From Trichoplax adhaerens (Eukaryota > Animalia > Placozoa): DNA of 64,000 bases. A program made the translations under genes and the position numbers. Of the stretch, positions 40,167 through 52,385 are shown piece by piece (the first letter of the stretch is position 1; each line of letters starts with the position of its first letter). Location of the stretch: the NCBI RefSeq assembly GCF_000150275.1, contig NW_002060953.1, forward strand, positions 7,487-71,486. The letters are read 5' to 3'. Under the pieces are notes generated by a model. The model ran no database searches. It was not told the DNA's origin and was given only the letters and a program-made list of their open reading frames with translations.

Positions 40167-42345
40167 TATTAAGCTAGCGCGATTTCGAATATTTATATCC
40201 AGTGAATGCAGTAAAGTAGCTACTAAGCTAGTAATGTTCGTAGACCGTACAATTTCAATATTAAACAAATTACTAACTTCCCTTTTTCGCTTTAACTACA
40301 GTATGAGCAGATGCTTATACTACTGTAGTTCTAATTGCGGTATTGCTCATTAGCAGTTAATTGTATAGTTATCCAGGTTTACAAGATGAGTATAACTCTT
40401 CTAGAAATTGTGATTTCTTATTTCAAGAAAGCAATCACAGGTAGTATGTCTATTATTTTGCACTAGCCGTACAAGTCAAAAAATATAAGAGGATATCTAA
40501 TAACATAGAGGATCATTAACATAGTGATGCTATAATAATTGACTTCGCAATACGAATTTGTCATATATAAACTTATTCTGGCAATCAGAGAAAGCTATCA
40601 GCTATTATTGTAGCAGGCGTAACAGCCATTTGCTTTCATAATCATCTTCTTTCTATTTACTTCTAGTAGAAGTTATCTTATACCTCATTTCTTGAGATAT
40701 TTGGTCGCTAACTTTTGTATAATGCGGTAAATCATACGGTAATAAAATGAGTTGAAATTGCATTGACTTATTAGAGACGTACTATGAGTAGTATTTTACT
40801 ATAAGCTACAGTATCTTCCAGCAGTTACTCATTTTTACTGCAGCAGCTTGTTAGTGGTTAAAATTAGCTGTAGAATGGTAACAAAATGTAAGAAACAATG
40901 GTACTGTCTATTAGATCAGTACCATCTCAATGCCATTCTGTCGGTTTAATGCGATATAACTAAAGATTCAAATAGGTTTTTGATGTTATTGCAACTACAG
41001 TATCAATTACAGTTATAATTTTAGGGAATATTTCAAATCCAGGCACAACACATCTAAAATGTTTCATTCACAGCTTCCTAAAATTAGATCTAGGGCTGGG
41101 AATTATGGTACTGATATAAATTAATTCTTACTTCTGTAATATTTTTGAAACATATTTTTGTGAATTATCCATTACTCGCTTTTGATCTGAAATTAGTAAC
41201 TTTACATAGGATTTGGTGCTAGCAATGATGATTAATGTAAGCTCTGATAAATTTACTATTAGGACTAGCAATTTCAAGTTTAGGTAAGGATTAAATTTTA
41301 TCACAGATACCAATTATTACGTTACAGCAAAATTCTAAAATAAACATTTATTAAGATTCATTAAAGATTTAACTTGTATTTTATAGGACTTTACTATTTA
41401 AAAAGCATAAAAAGCAGTCGGTGAGTCGACAAAGTGCCTACTGTATGTCTTAATTAGTACCTTACCTAATGCTTCCTTCGCAATATTTTACTTGTAGCAC
41501 AGCTAAATGCAATATTAAAGTGATGTAACAAGCTATTAACGTGAATCTCTAAATATCCTGAAACAAATTTTTTTATCTATAACAAATTGTACCTTCTCAT
41601 TCCATTAATTTTATTATATATAACTTCGTATGTGACACGATTAACTCTTTTTAATTTAACTGTATGGTAAGCTTCTTTCGGATTGTGTAGCTGCAATTAA
41701 GCGTCACTAGTTTCTATAATTCAATACAAGACATTAATCAACAGTAAACACAATCAGAAAGTTAATATATTCAGAAAGCTTTGGATTTTATATGAAGAAA
41801 TTATTTTTATTCAAATACTATCATGCTATACTAAGCAGTTAAATCTATTCTTCTCTTTCAATCATAAAGCTACCCGCTTATATGCCTATGCTATGTTGTA
41901 CCTGTGCAACTCCATAATTTTCAGTAGAATATGTACTCTAAAATAATTGATAGAAATCCAATACATATTAGTTAATATTGGATATTTATCACTCTTACTG
42001 CAATTAACAACTTAGCATGAATTAATATCTAACATTCCACGTTAGCAAGCGGGACAATCTCTATCTCTTATTATTACACTTTTATGCATACTAAATGAAT
42101 TAAGTCTTCGCAGTCGTGAAAGGAAATCCATTAGCAATTAAAGATATTAATTTTGCATCGGACAAAAACACGAATCAACCAGTGCGGTAATATTTTATTT
42201 GCTTTAAATATGAAACGGTAACGATATTTAATGAAGAATTTTGTACTATTCCATCTTAATCATACGCATATATGTTGAATGAATTAAGAGTACGCTTTGG
42301 AAATATTTCATTGAATTAAGCTCACAGATATGCTTTTTACTCTCT

Positions 42346-42837
42346 TGTTACAACCCGAACTTGCAGCGAAGATTTGCAAAAAACTTAAGTGAAGCCACAG
42401 CACCTCGGGCAATTTTCCTCAGGATTTTTAATCTCTGCGCGATTGATGTTATGACTTAGCCTAAATCTTACGGAAACGTGTTCAGCTTTAGTTGAGTTTG
42501 CAACAAGTAATGTTTTTTCTTATCTGAAGGTGGACGAATTGAGAAATAAATATAATTCTTCCTTCTNTTCTTCGAAAGAAAAAGTGCACCTCTATAATCT
42601 ATATATACTCTACTGTTGGTCTGAACACTTGCACCTTATCTAACATTAGAAGAACATTCTTTAGATACTTTTTTACAGTATAACACAGTTGACTAATAAA
42701 CATATTTGTACGGTGTTACGGCAATTTAACAAGACCGATACAGCGATACGAGATAGCTGTAACAAGATATACATAGTTTAGGATGTTAATCCTCAAGAAC
42801 AACATTATCTAGCGATGCTAATCTAGCAGTCACGACA
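42346..42837 (-). mobile_element. Possible solo LTR without TSD
   Basis: TGTTACAAC...CGACA ends, minus-strand TATATATA ~42600-42607, terminal hairpin-like sequence; flanks do not match. Confidence 0.4.
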
Positions 42838-43122
42838 ATTGACTGTTATAATTCTTCTATTTATTAACTTAATTGGTACCCGATCGGGGCTACACACATT
42901 AATCAGGCAGAATACAACACTGACGATTTTCCTATACTTTAATTTTGTCGTCACTGCTATTTTTGCTATTTCACAACATTTGTCGCCACGTTTATATCAT
43001 TAAAATATCCAATTATATAATACGGTCATAATAATAACGCCAAGTTAAAGAGCAGTCATCCTTACGTACAGCATACTGTACGACGATATATAATATTAAT
43101 CTTCCATTTACTACCATATGAG

Positions 43123-44008
43123 TGTAGTAAAGGACTAAAAGTCGAGTAGTTTATAGCTTAGTATGCAACTAGTATTATTTTACTATAGAAAATACCTAGA
43201 AAGTGATAGTGTCTTTAAGTTTTACCCTGCCTAATCATCATGTCGCCATCTTTTCTTCATTATTTTACAAGGTATTACATAGATTACTATAGAAGTAGCC
43301 CTAGAGCAAATGTCTAATCTACTGAAAGGGCGTTTGATTGTCTATTCAAATGTAGGGGAATTTAACTTAGTAGCAAAACCCTATCCTTAGAGAAAGGGGA
43401 TTTATAACATGGCAGTAAAATACTGTAATGTAGTCTATAATCGTACAGTTACCGTACAATCTGACGCTAAAACATCAACTGTCAATACTCGAGTTATACT
43501 CGCGAATACTCAGAGTAGATATTTATCCTAAGAGATACTTGGTAGCCATAATTATAGACTGTAGTGGTATAGACTCTATGCTAGAGTACAGATGACTATA
43601 TACAGTAAGGTGTTGAGTTACTAATAAGGCTATAGGTAAGAATAGAACTGTAAAACATATATTAGGATATGGTTAATTCATTGTACTTTGGCTGGTGTGA
43701 ATAATGTCTACTTAAGTACTGTAGTCGTATCCATATTGGATTAATGATGGTCCGCAGTATAACAGTATTACTACGAATAATTTAACTAAGTGTAATATGA
43801 GGTAAAAGATTGCCATGCGGATTGTAGCTGCGAAAGCTACGAAAAGTATAAAAGCATGCGACTTTAGATTATTCGGTTAGTTCATTGTAGAAGTCTTTAG
43901 TAGTAGTCTATGGCTAGAGTAGAGCTGTGTGTAGTTAATCTTTGTATAAGATTCAATAAAGCCCTCATTTTTCTAAAATTTGGAATTTCGTGATCGGTAT
44001 ATATCACA
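43123..44008. mobile_element. Chimeric remnant: D 3' end (43123-~43513, minus) fused to 5'-truncated C (~43515-44008, plus)
   Basis: First part matches 61084-61460; second part matches 57070-57562. Confidence 0.85.
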
Positions 44009-45752
44009 CTAGTATTGCATGCATATTTATTTATCGTGAGCAGCTATAAATTCTCACTGATTACAATATGAACAATATGATTTGTATATATACGTTCATA
44101 TATGAATATATACCTGCCAAACTTCTTAAAAAAACAATTATTTTACCCAGAAGTATGGAAATTTAAGATTTATCTACATTTCTGATTTAAACTTAGGAAA
44201 ATGATTCTTGCCATATAGCTAGAGAATAACGCAATCCGTGATATTGCAAACTATACTAAACTATTCAGGATTAAAAATGCATTATTTACTTCAGTACTGC
44301 AAATTGGGTAACTTATTACATTTTATTGCTCAGATTCTATGAATTTTATCTCTAAAAAGCTATTATGATCATTACCGCAATCGTACCACAGTAACACATT
44401 ATCTAAATATGTATATATTGACAAACAATAGCGGTGCTTGCCTAATAATTTATTAAATGCTAGTAATACGCATAGACCTATAAGAAATATAAGAAATTCC
44501 ATTTAGAATTCATGAAGTATACGCCTCTTTGAGGATGGGCCTCGTAATCTAAATGCGTATGAATTAGGTTATAAAATATTGTTTTCCAAGATTTTTGACG
44601 CCATTTTNNNNNNNNNNNNNNNNNNNNNNNNNNNNNNNNNNNNNNNNNNNNNNNNNNATGACAATACCTTCATAACATCTTATTTTTAGTCACATTTAAG
44701 TAAGAATAACAATTATGCCAACTTTGGTATAAAACACGTCACTGAACTAAATATCTATGAACGAGAAATTTCCTTTCTTGGCTAATAATTAATAATAGGA
44801 ATCAATTACACCGACTTATTAATAATTATTACTAGCGATAACAACCCAAGTATAGCTAATTTTCAATGATCGCTTTACTTACCGTACTAGATTCCATTGA
44901 TTACTACGCACAGAAATATAAAATTGAATATGTAGATAATTATAAAGTAGAGTATAAAATAGCTTTCAGCCAATTTTTTCATTAAAACGAGTAATAGCCT
45001 GTATATTACTTAAATTGAAGATTTTGCAAATATTGTACAATTTTGACGACATGTATTTATGGCACACCTTCTTTACGCTAAGTTATAAAATTCTACTTCC
45101 TTAAAGCCCTTATTTTTCTAAAATTTGGAATTTTGTGATCGGTATATATCACACTAGTATTGTATGCATATTTATTTATCGTGAGCAGCTATAAATTCTC
45201 AATGATTACAATATGAATAATATGATTTGTATATATATATACGTTCATATATGAATATATACCTGCCAAACTTCTTAAAAAAACAATTATTTTGCCCAGA
45301 AGTATGGAAATTTAAGATTTATCTTCATTTTCTGATTTAAACTTATGAAAATGATTCTTGCCATATAGCTAGAGAATAACGCAATTCGTGATATTGCAAA
45401 CTATACTGCACTATTCAGGATTAAAAATGCATTATTTACTTCAGTACTGCAAATTGGGTAACTTATTACATTTTATTGCTCAGATTCTATGAATTTTATT
45501 TCTAAAAAGCTATTATGACCATTACCGCAACCGTACCACAGTAACACATTATCTAAATATGTATATATATTACAAACAATAGCGGTGCTTGCCTAATAAT
45601 TTATTAAATGCTAGTAATACGCATAGACCTATAAGAAATATAAGAAATCCATTTAGAATTCATGAAGTATACGCCTCTTTCAGGGTGGGCCTTGTAATCT
45701 AAATGCGTATGAATTAGGTTATAAAATATTATTTTCCAAGATTTTTGACGCC
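43957..45752 (+). repeat. Near-identical ~650-bp direct duplication (43957-44602 / 45102-45752) spanning a gap
   Basis: Collinear with only scattered substitutions and TA-repeat indels. Confidence 0.92.
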
Positions 45753-46635
45753 GTTATTCGCTTATTTTCTTGTGATATAATTAGTGTTTCACTTAAATCA
45801 ATTGTACCAAGTATTATTTATTAACAGTTAAAGCATATTTATGTTGCTACTTTCATTTTATATTAATTAAAAGATGATACAAATTTCTAATGATAAACAA
45901 ACCTATATCAGTAGATGGTAGGAATATAATGACTAAATTTTAAGATGAATAATATAAATATTGTTTAGATACAATTTTCATTATAAAATTGATATCAAAT
46001 GTAATATGATGCCCTAAATAGCATGCCATTAGGCATATATCAACGTTTTAAATAAATTATTATTTATTAGCTTTGTGTCTTAAAATAGTAAGTGGCCTGA
46101 TATCAGGCGTCATCGTAACCACTCACTCCCCTACTTGATGTTCGACTGCTAATGTGAATTATTTATCACTTATCCATCAATTTTAAAAAGCTTCTGACGT
46201 TAGTGTTGTATATTGATAACCGTTTTGAAATTGGTTGGAGTTTATAAGTCGCTAATGTCTAATAACTATACTGAAACTTCAAAATCATGTCATTTAAATT
46301 TGAGATTAGAAGCTAGCACTAAGTTTACTACGCTTCAATTTTTTTAATTTTCTTTCCGTTTTGAAATAATACAAATACCCATTTACTATTCCTATACCCA
46401 CATAAGTAATCTTCTATGCTAGTTGGACATTAAATAAGCGTTTTTTATATAACTTTAATAAGATTTTCTCTTACCCTCACGGAATTACAAGATACAAGCA
46501 TTGACAAATTTACGGCTGTTAATCTACTGGAGCCATATCCTATTCATGGTTAGCAGCATATTGGAAGATTTAAGCAAGATAATCACCCATAGTTGATATT
46601 TCGATTCATCTACCTAAACTATTTATATTTTACTA

Positions 46636-47688
46636 ATGAATCTTTTATTTTTAGTATTTATGGCGATCATTACAACCCGAGTATCTCTCTTCGTTGCTGA
46701 CACGGCGGAGAACCAAACAGCAACAGCTACACCATTTATCTTTAGCGACCCTAGCTTTACTACCAATTTCATCATTGTGATTCTAATTATTATTTTATCA
46801 GTTTTCGGTAATATAACTATTTTATATATTTTCTATCATTCGCCTTTACTGCACGATGTTAATAGCTTATTAGCTGCTAATTTAGCCTTAATCAATTTAT
46901 TGATTAGCTTATTTATTCTACCTATCAGTTTAATTCTGATAAGCCAAGGTAATATTAACAATTCTTTATGTCGAGTCCAAGAATTTATCTTTATTTTATT
47001 GTACGCTGCTTCACTGGCTTTTACAGCTAGTATTGCTGTTGATCGTTGTATAGCGATTATTAATCCAATTCGCTATGTATCAGCCGTAACCTGGAGAAAA
47101 GGTTTTATTACATCATTATTGATATGGTTCCTTCCTATCCTATTAGCGACGCTGCCTGAATTAAATTTAATAAAAAACGGAATGGAAATCCTCCCATGTA
47201 GAACTATACGCGGGCTATATTTTTTTAATACTGATAAGAATGCCCTTATATATGGCTTAATAATTTCATTTTGCATCGTATATTGCCTCATTATCGTTCT
47301 ATGTTATTTTATTGTTTTTATTATCGCTAACAGGAAGAGAACGGCCTTGCAGAACTTTTCTAATGGTAATAGTCTAACAAAATCAACGCGTGCAGCTGCT
47401 TTACTAGCTACTTCAACGCTACTGTGCTGGACACCAATAACTGTAGCCCTTACTATCAGTTACGTTCATACGTTATATCGAACAGATACGGTGTATAAAA
47501 TTTCACCATATGTACTTCGAACTTTTACGATGTTGGCTATTGCTGTCGCAGCTGTTCATCCTATCATTTCCGTTTGTACAAATCACATAATTCGAGCTAA
47601 ATTTCGGCAAATATTCAGTAGGCATCACTGTAAAACCTGCTGTAAACGTCATCGAACAGTTATACCACTGGTCCTAATCAATGCTTAA
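46636..47688 (+). CDS. Divergent intronless class A GPCR, 350 aa (alternative start 46660)
   Basis: GN, AVDRC, W4.50, CWTP; D2.50 is replaced by N and NPxxY by HPIIS. Confidence 0.92.
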   Translation: MNLLFLVFMAIITTRVSLFVADTAENQTATATPFIFSDPSFTTNFIIVILIIILSVFGNITILYIFYHSPLLHDVNSLLAANLALINLLISLFILPISLILISQGNINNSLCRVQEFIFILLYAASLAFTASIAVDRCIAIINPIRYVSAVTWRKGFITSLLIWFLPILLATLPELNLIKNGMEILPCRTIRGLYFFNTDKNALIYGLIISFCIVYCLIIVLCYFIVFIIANRKRTALQNFSNGNSLTKSTRAAALLATSTLLCWTPITVALTISYVHTLYRTDTVYKISPYVLRTFTMLAIAVAAVHPIISVCTNHIIRAKFRQIFSRHHCKTCCKRHRTVIPLVLINA

Positions 47689-50600
47689 TTTAATGATTAT
47701 TATTAATAAACATTAATATTGTTATATTTCTTGATCATCCGGAGGAGATTCTTTGGCATGGGCCTTAAAATGTATTTAAGCTACATTTTAAGCGAGCTTG
47801 ATACCATCCAATATTTCGTTAGTTTTCATTACTGGTTTCTGATAGGTGTCGAAACAACTATCAGCAGTACTTTGAACCTGCTAAAATATATTACGCTATG
47901 AAAATACATCTTGTAAAGTACCAAATAAAGATTCTCATTATTGGCTAATTACTTACATTAAAAATACTTATAAATTATAAGTGGCTTGAAATGTAAGTGA
48001 AGATTTTTGATATGACAAGAACTACTACTTATAGTGAAACCAAAATTATGAATATGGTAGCCAAAAGATGGCCTCTAAAGATACCAGCAGCGGCCGAATC
48101 CATATACAAAATAGTATAACGAATGAAAGAATGAAAGTTTATACAATTAGCTAAAATTAAATAATACAAGAGAGTACCATATCAAATTACCTGCAATATT
48201 CTAAATTGAGATATTGAATAATATAGGAAATTCAAAGATTGAAATCTTTATTTACAGCCGTATTAGCAGCCAACATGCAGCAATGCTATGACATTTAGAA
48301 TCACCAAAGCTTAATTTACTGCTAGCTATCCACATCGTTATAATAAATTTAGAACTAAATACTTATTTAAATATGAAAGTTAATCTACATTCTTATAGAT
48401 TTATGGTCTGCATTTTTATTATTTTATTACTTGCTTTTGAAATCTCTTCTATGGCATGATATTGTAATAAAACTCAATTATCACTATGATTTAATATTAC
48501 AAGGTTTATATCAGTTCTTAAATATAATCTAAATGGTTAATAAGTTGATAATCAAACTTTAAATTCGAAGTTTATGTAGATAAGGATCGAATTATACTAT
48601 TGAAACCCCTTACACCACTAGTACTGCTTCATTCTTATTCCGAATATTGGCAATTTAAAATCCTTTACTGTATAGTAATTTAGGAAAGTATTGAGATTGC
48701 TAGGCGCTTCTCTCTATTCAGTATAACAAATTTTATTCGTATTGTATGAGAATAATAATTCGTTACAAGTAATTAATGATCTGATATGGTGTATCAGAAC
48801 AGTTGCTATTAAAATTAAGCATCACATTAAAACATATAAGCTTTTATAGTGTTGCTAATACAATTTGTGTGTCTTTCTCTATTTTATCTACATACATAGG
48901 ATCGTTAATATTGATTAAAATAGAAAAATCTTACCAAAAGTCAAGGCATAAAGAAATGTATCAATAAAAATTGATTTAAATTTCAAATTTGTTACTAAAA
49001 TCGACCGAATAAAATCTGATTTCTTTTTTTTTATCCAATAATCTGATATAACTGTCACCGTGAAGTAAAGTCTGATGCAAATATAAAAATTATTGACCTG
49101 CCTAAATTAGTAATACTTCAAGCTTCAATAAAATTGGCTCCGAGCTTTAGCGGCATATAAATATGCTATATATTAAAATGGACTAAAATCCTTTATTATT
49201 ACGAATTAAATCGTTCAATCAGTATTATCCCCATCTAAACAGCAACGAATAGTCTGCCATTCCATTCCTTGCATTTTGAATACCATTTATATCAGCAAAA
49301 ATTATCTTTGCAAAGATCTTGGTTAAAGGTTTAATCATTTAGTTGTAATGCGATAGTTTAATTTTAAAGTTGAATATTCAAGAATTTTAAGCTCTTGTAG
49401 TGGCTGCAGTACGAAAGTATAGTAGCCGTGGTAAAATTTGCTAGCAATCATTACGGTAATTTATAGAAACAATGACCCAAAATTGATTATTTATGTTTGT
49501 TTGGACCGTACTAAGTTTAGATCCTACACATTTTATATTCGAACAAATAATCTAACTAATATCCCAGATCAGTATGGAAGCCATGAAAGATAGTAGCTTA
49601 AAATAGAAAATCTAATTTATATATGTATCGACAAAATTAATATTATGAAAACAGAGTATCTTATAACTACAACATTAAAATCTAGAAAACTGAGATTAAG
49701 ATTTCTAAAAAATACCCGTGCAAACTAGCCAATCAATTAAATCTAATCCGAAATTCGGTAATGAATTCATTTCCTACGTACTAAGTAAAATTTCATAATG
49801 AGCAATCGGCGTTTTCTAGGGTTAACTTAGATTACTGAGATAGAAATTAATACAGATCGATGGGATAACTTTTAACAAGGATGTTTCTGTTACAAAATAG
49901 ACTATACTCTGGAAATTATTGTAAATTGCGCGTCTCCTTTTGGAAGTAATTAGATTATTTTAAGCATTTAAGGATTTAAAAGTAAGACCAACTAAAATTT
50001 ACAGGAGCAGCCAAAGTTGAATCTGTATCGTCGGACTAATTTAGAAATGGCCCTGTAAGCAAATACAGTACAAAATTTAATTATTGAAAAATTATGATAT
50101 GGCCAATTATATTAATGAGTAAATTTATTTAGAACTGTCTTCTGCCTTTTATTTTTTTTTTCTTAATTTTGTGTTCAATATTCAATTCTTACTATGCGGC
50201 TACTTTTTAAGTTTTACAATCGATTTTATTGTGTATTAAGAAATCGAAATTGAAGAATTATTGTTCTATGGGTTATTGCATTCCAANNNNNNNNNNNNNN
50301 NNNNNNNNNNNNNNNNNNNNNNNNNNNNNNNNNNNNCATATACTGTAGAAAGAATGAACAGAATATAGAACTTAATCACGTCTGGAAATGAAATGAAAAT
50401 GGCAGAGGTAACTTTTCTCTTAATGTTAGAGTTACTGGGGTGGTCAAATCAATTAAGTAGAACGTTTAATAATTTAGAACAGAGTTTAAAGATACTATTA
50501 AAACATCCGAAAATGCAGCTATTATTTGTATACCACTTATTTAAATCTAAAGTAATCCTAGAGTATCTCATTATAATTTGTTTATTCAGGAAGCTTTTAT

Positions 50601-51404
50601 TAAAAGTGCCTCTTAAATAATTAAAAAATATATGATCTCGCAACTATCATCATTACGAATTATAGTATATTCAAAATTAGCCAATTGCATCATTCTGAAA
50701 AATTTCTTAGCTATAATTGCAATCTTCACTAAAAATATTTGCTTGAAAAGCCTATCAATTATTAAAGCATGCCATAAATAAAATATGGAGACAAACTGTT
50801 TATAACTATAATATCTGTATATGGTATCAGGCTGTGGCTGGTCTACATACTTACACCTGTATGTCATAATTTAAGTAGGTATAGCACCAGAAAGTGCATT
50901 AAGTAAATGTTAAGACACAATATAATTGGTTTATTTAGTGATTATATTTAAATACGAAGAGACTTGAAAATTTTGCATTTTAATTACATTATTTCAAAAT
51001 TTGAAATGCGTTTTTAGATAATGCTACTGGTATAAATTGTGGATAAGACAATAACGTAAAGATCATCATTTGTACAGGATATAACTGTTAAAGATTCGAT
51101 AATACCTAGGTAAGAAAGCACATACAAATACATATCTAGCGAGATATCGTTATGTCATACAACTAGAGTAAATTTACTGATCGAAATTGGCAACGAAAGC
51201 AACGAAAATCTAGCTTCCATCATCAAAATTTGTAACTGAACAAAAAACTGTAAGATATATAATATATGTTACGGCCAAAACCCGATATTCGTATATATTG
51301 GATTAAGTATCTAAGTTAAAGCACTGTTTTAGCCGGTCATCAATACCTACTAGAGCGTGTAAATGACAATTGTGACAGAAATTTATTAAACCTTACACTG
51401 GGAA

Positions 51405-52385
51405 ATGAATACTACATCAGCAACCTTGTATGGTTATAATCAATCGACAGTACCGTTAAATAATACGCAACTAACATTTGTTACTGATCTAATTATAAGA
51501 ATATCCATTAGTCTAGGCGGATTTATTTCCGTGGTTGCAGTTTTTGGTAATTTGTTTAACATTTTCTTCATTTACCGATGTCCAAATTTGCATAATATGA
51601 ACAATTTAATCATCGCCAACTTATCCTTTACAGATTTTTTTAATGGTTTAATTGTTATACCTATGATTGTTGTGTTTGGATTAACTGGTAGACCGGTATA
51701 TTCCTTATGTCAATTCCAAGGATTCATTCTGACTTGGCTATATACAGCTTCTCTAACAACATCAGCGGCTGTCAGTACTGATCGCCTTTACGCTATAATG
51801 TATCCTTTCCGATATTATGCCAACATAACAGTGAAGAAACTCTGCCTTACTATGATATGCATTTGGTTCGTACCGACTATAATAGCTCTGATACCTTTGC
51901 TTGCCTTAGAAAATTATGGCTTAGGCAAATATAGATATATGGCATTTTGCGCCGTTAGTTTTATCTTCTACAGCGAAAATTACATAATTTGTTGGATATT
52001 AATTTCCTTTATTAGTATAACTATTATAATAATTCTATGTAGCTACTTAGCCATATTCTCTATCGCATATCGAAAAACAGTTCAAGATCTATCCCACAGT
52101 GGAAATTTGAAAAAATCAATTCGAACAACTTCGTTAATAGTAGGTACAAATCTACTATGCTGGCTTCCATACTTGTTTCTAAATTTTGCACAGTACATCG
52201 ATCGTGTCAATAATACCCCCGATATTAATTCCAGCAGTAGATCAGGTCCCACGTCGGTAGTTGCTATCTTTTTATTATTTAGCAATGCTGCTATTAATCC
52301 TATTATTTATATGGTAACGAATAGCTATTTAAGAAAACAAATATGGTATCTGTTTTGTAAAACTCGCGTACATCCTATACCGTAA
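51405..52385 (+). CDS. Intronless class A orphan GPCR, 326 aa
   Basis: NLSFTDFFNGLIVIP, CQFQG, STDRL, IVGTNLLCWLP, NPIIY; three N-terminal sequons. Confidence 0.96.
   Translation: MNTTSATLYGYNQSTVPLNNTQLTFVTDLIIRISISLGGFISVVAVFGNLFNIFFIYRCPNLHNMNNLIIANLSFTDFFNGLIVIPMIVVFGLTGRPVYSLCQFQGFILTWLYTASLTTSAAVSTDRLYAIMYPFRYYANITVKKLCLTMICIWFVPTIIALIPLLALENYGLGKYRYMAFCAVSFIFYSENYIICWILISFISITIIIILCSYLAIFSIAYRKTVQDLSHSGNLKKSIRTTSLIVGTNLLCWLPYLFLNFAQYIDRVNNTPDINSSSRSGPTSVVAIFLLFSNAAINPIIYMVTNSYLRKQIWYLFCKTRVHPIP

Noticed and set aside
11906-52385. True opsins or aminergic receptors
   Set aside because: No K7.43 and no Asp in the TM3 ligand-binding region; no gene symbol assigned.
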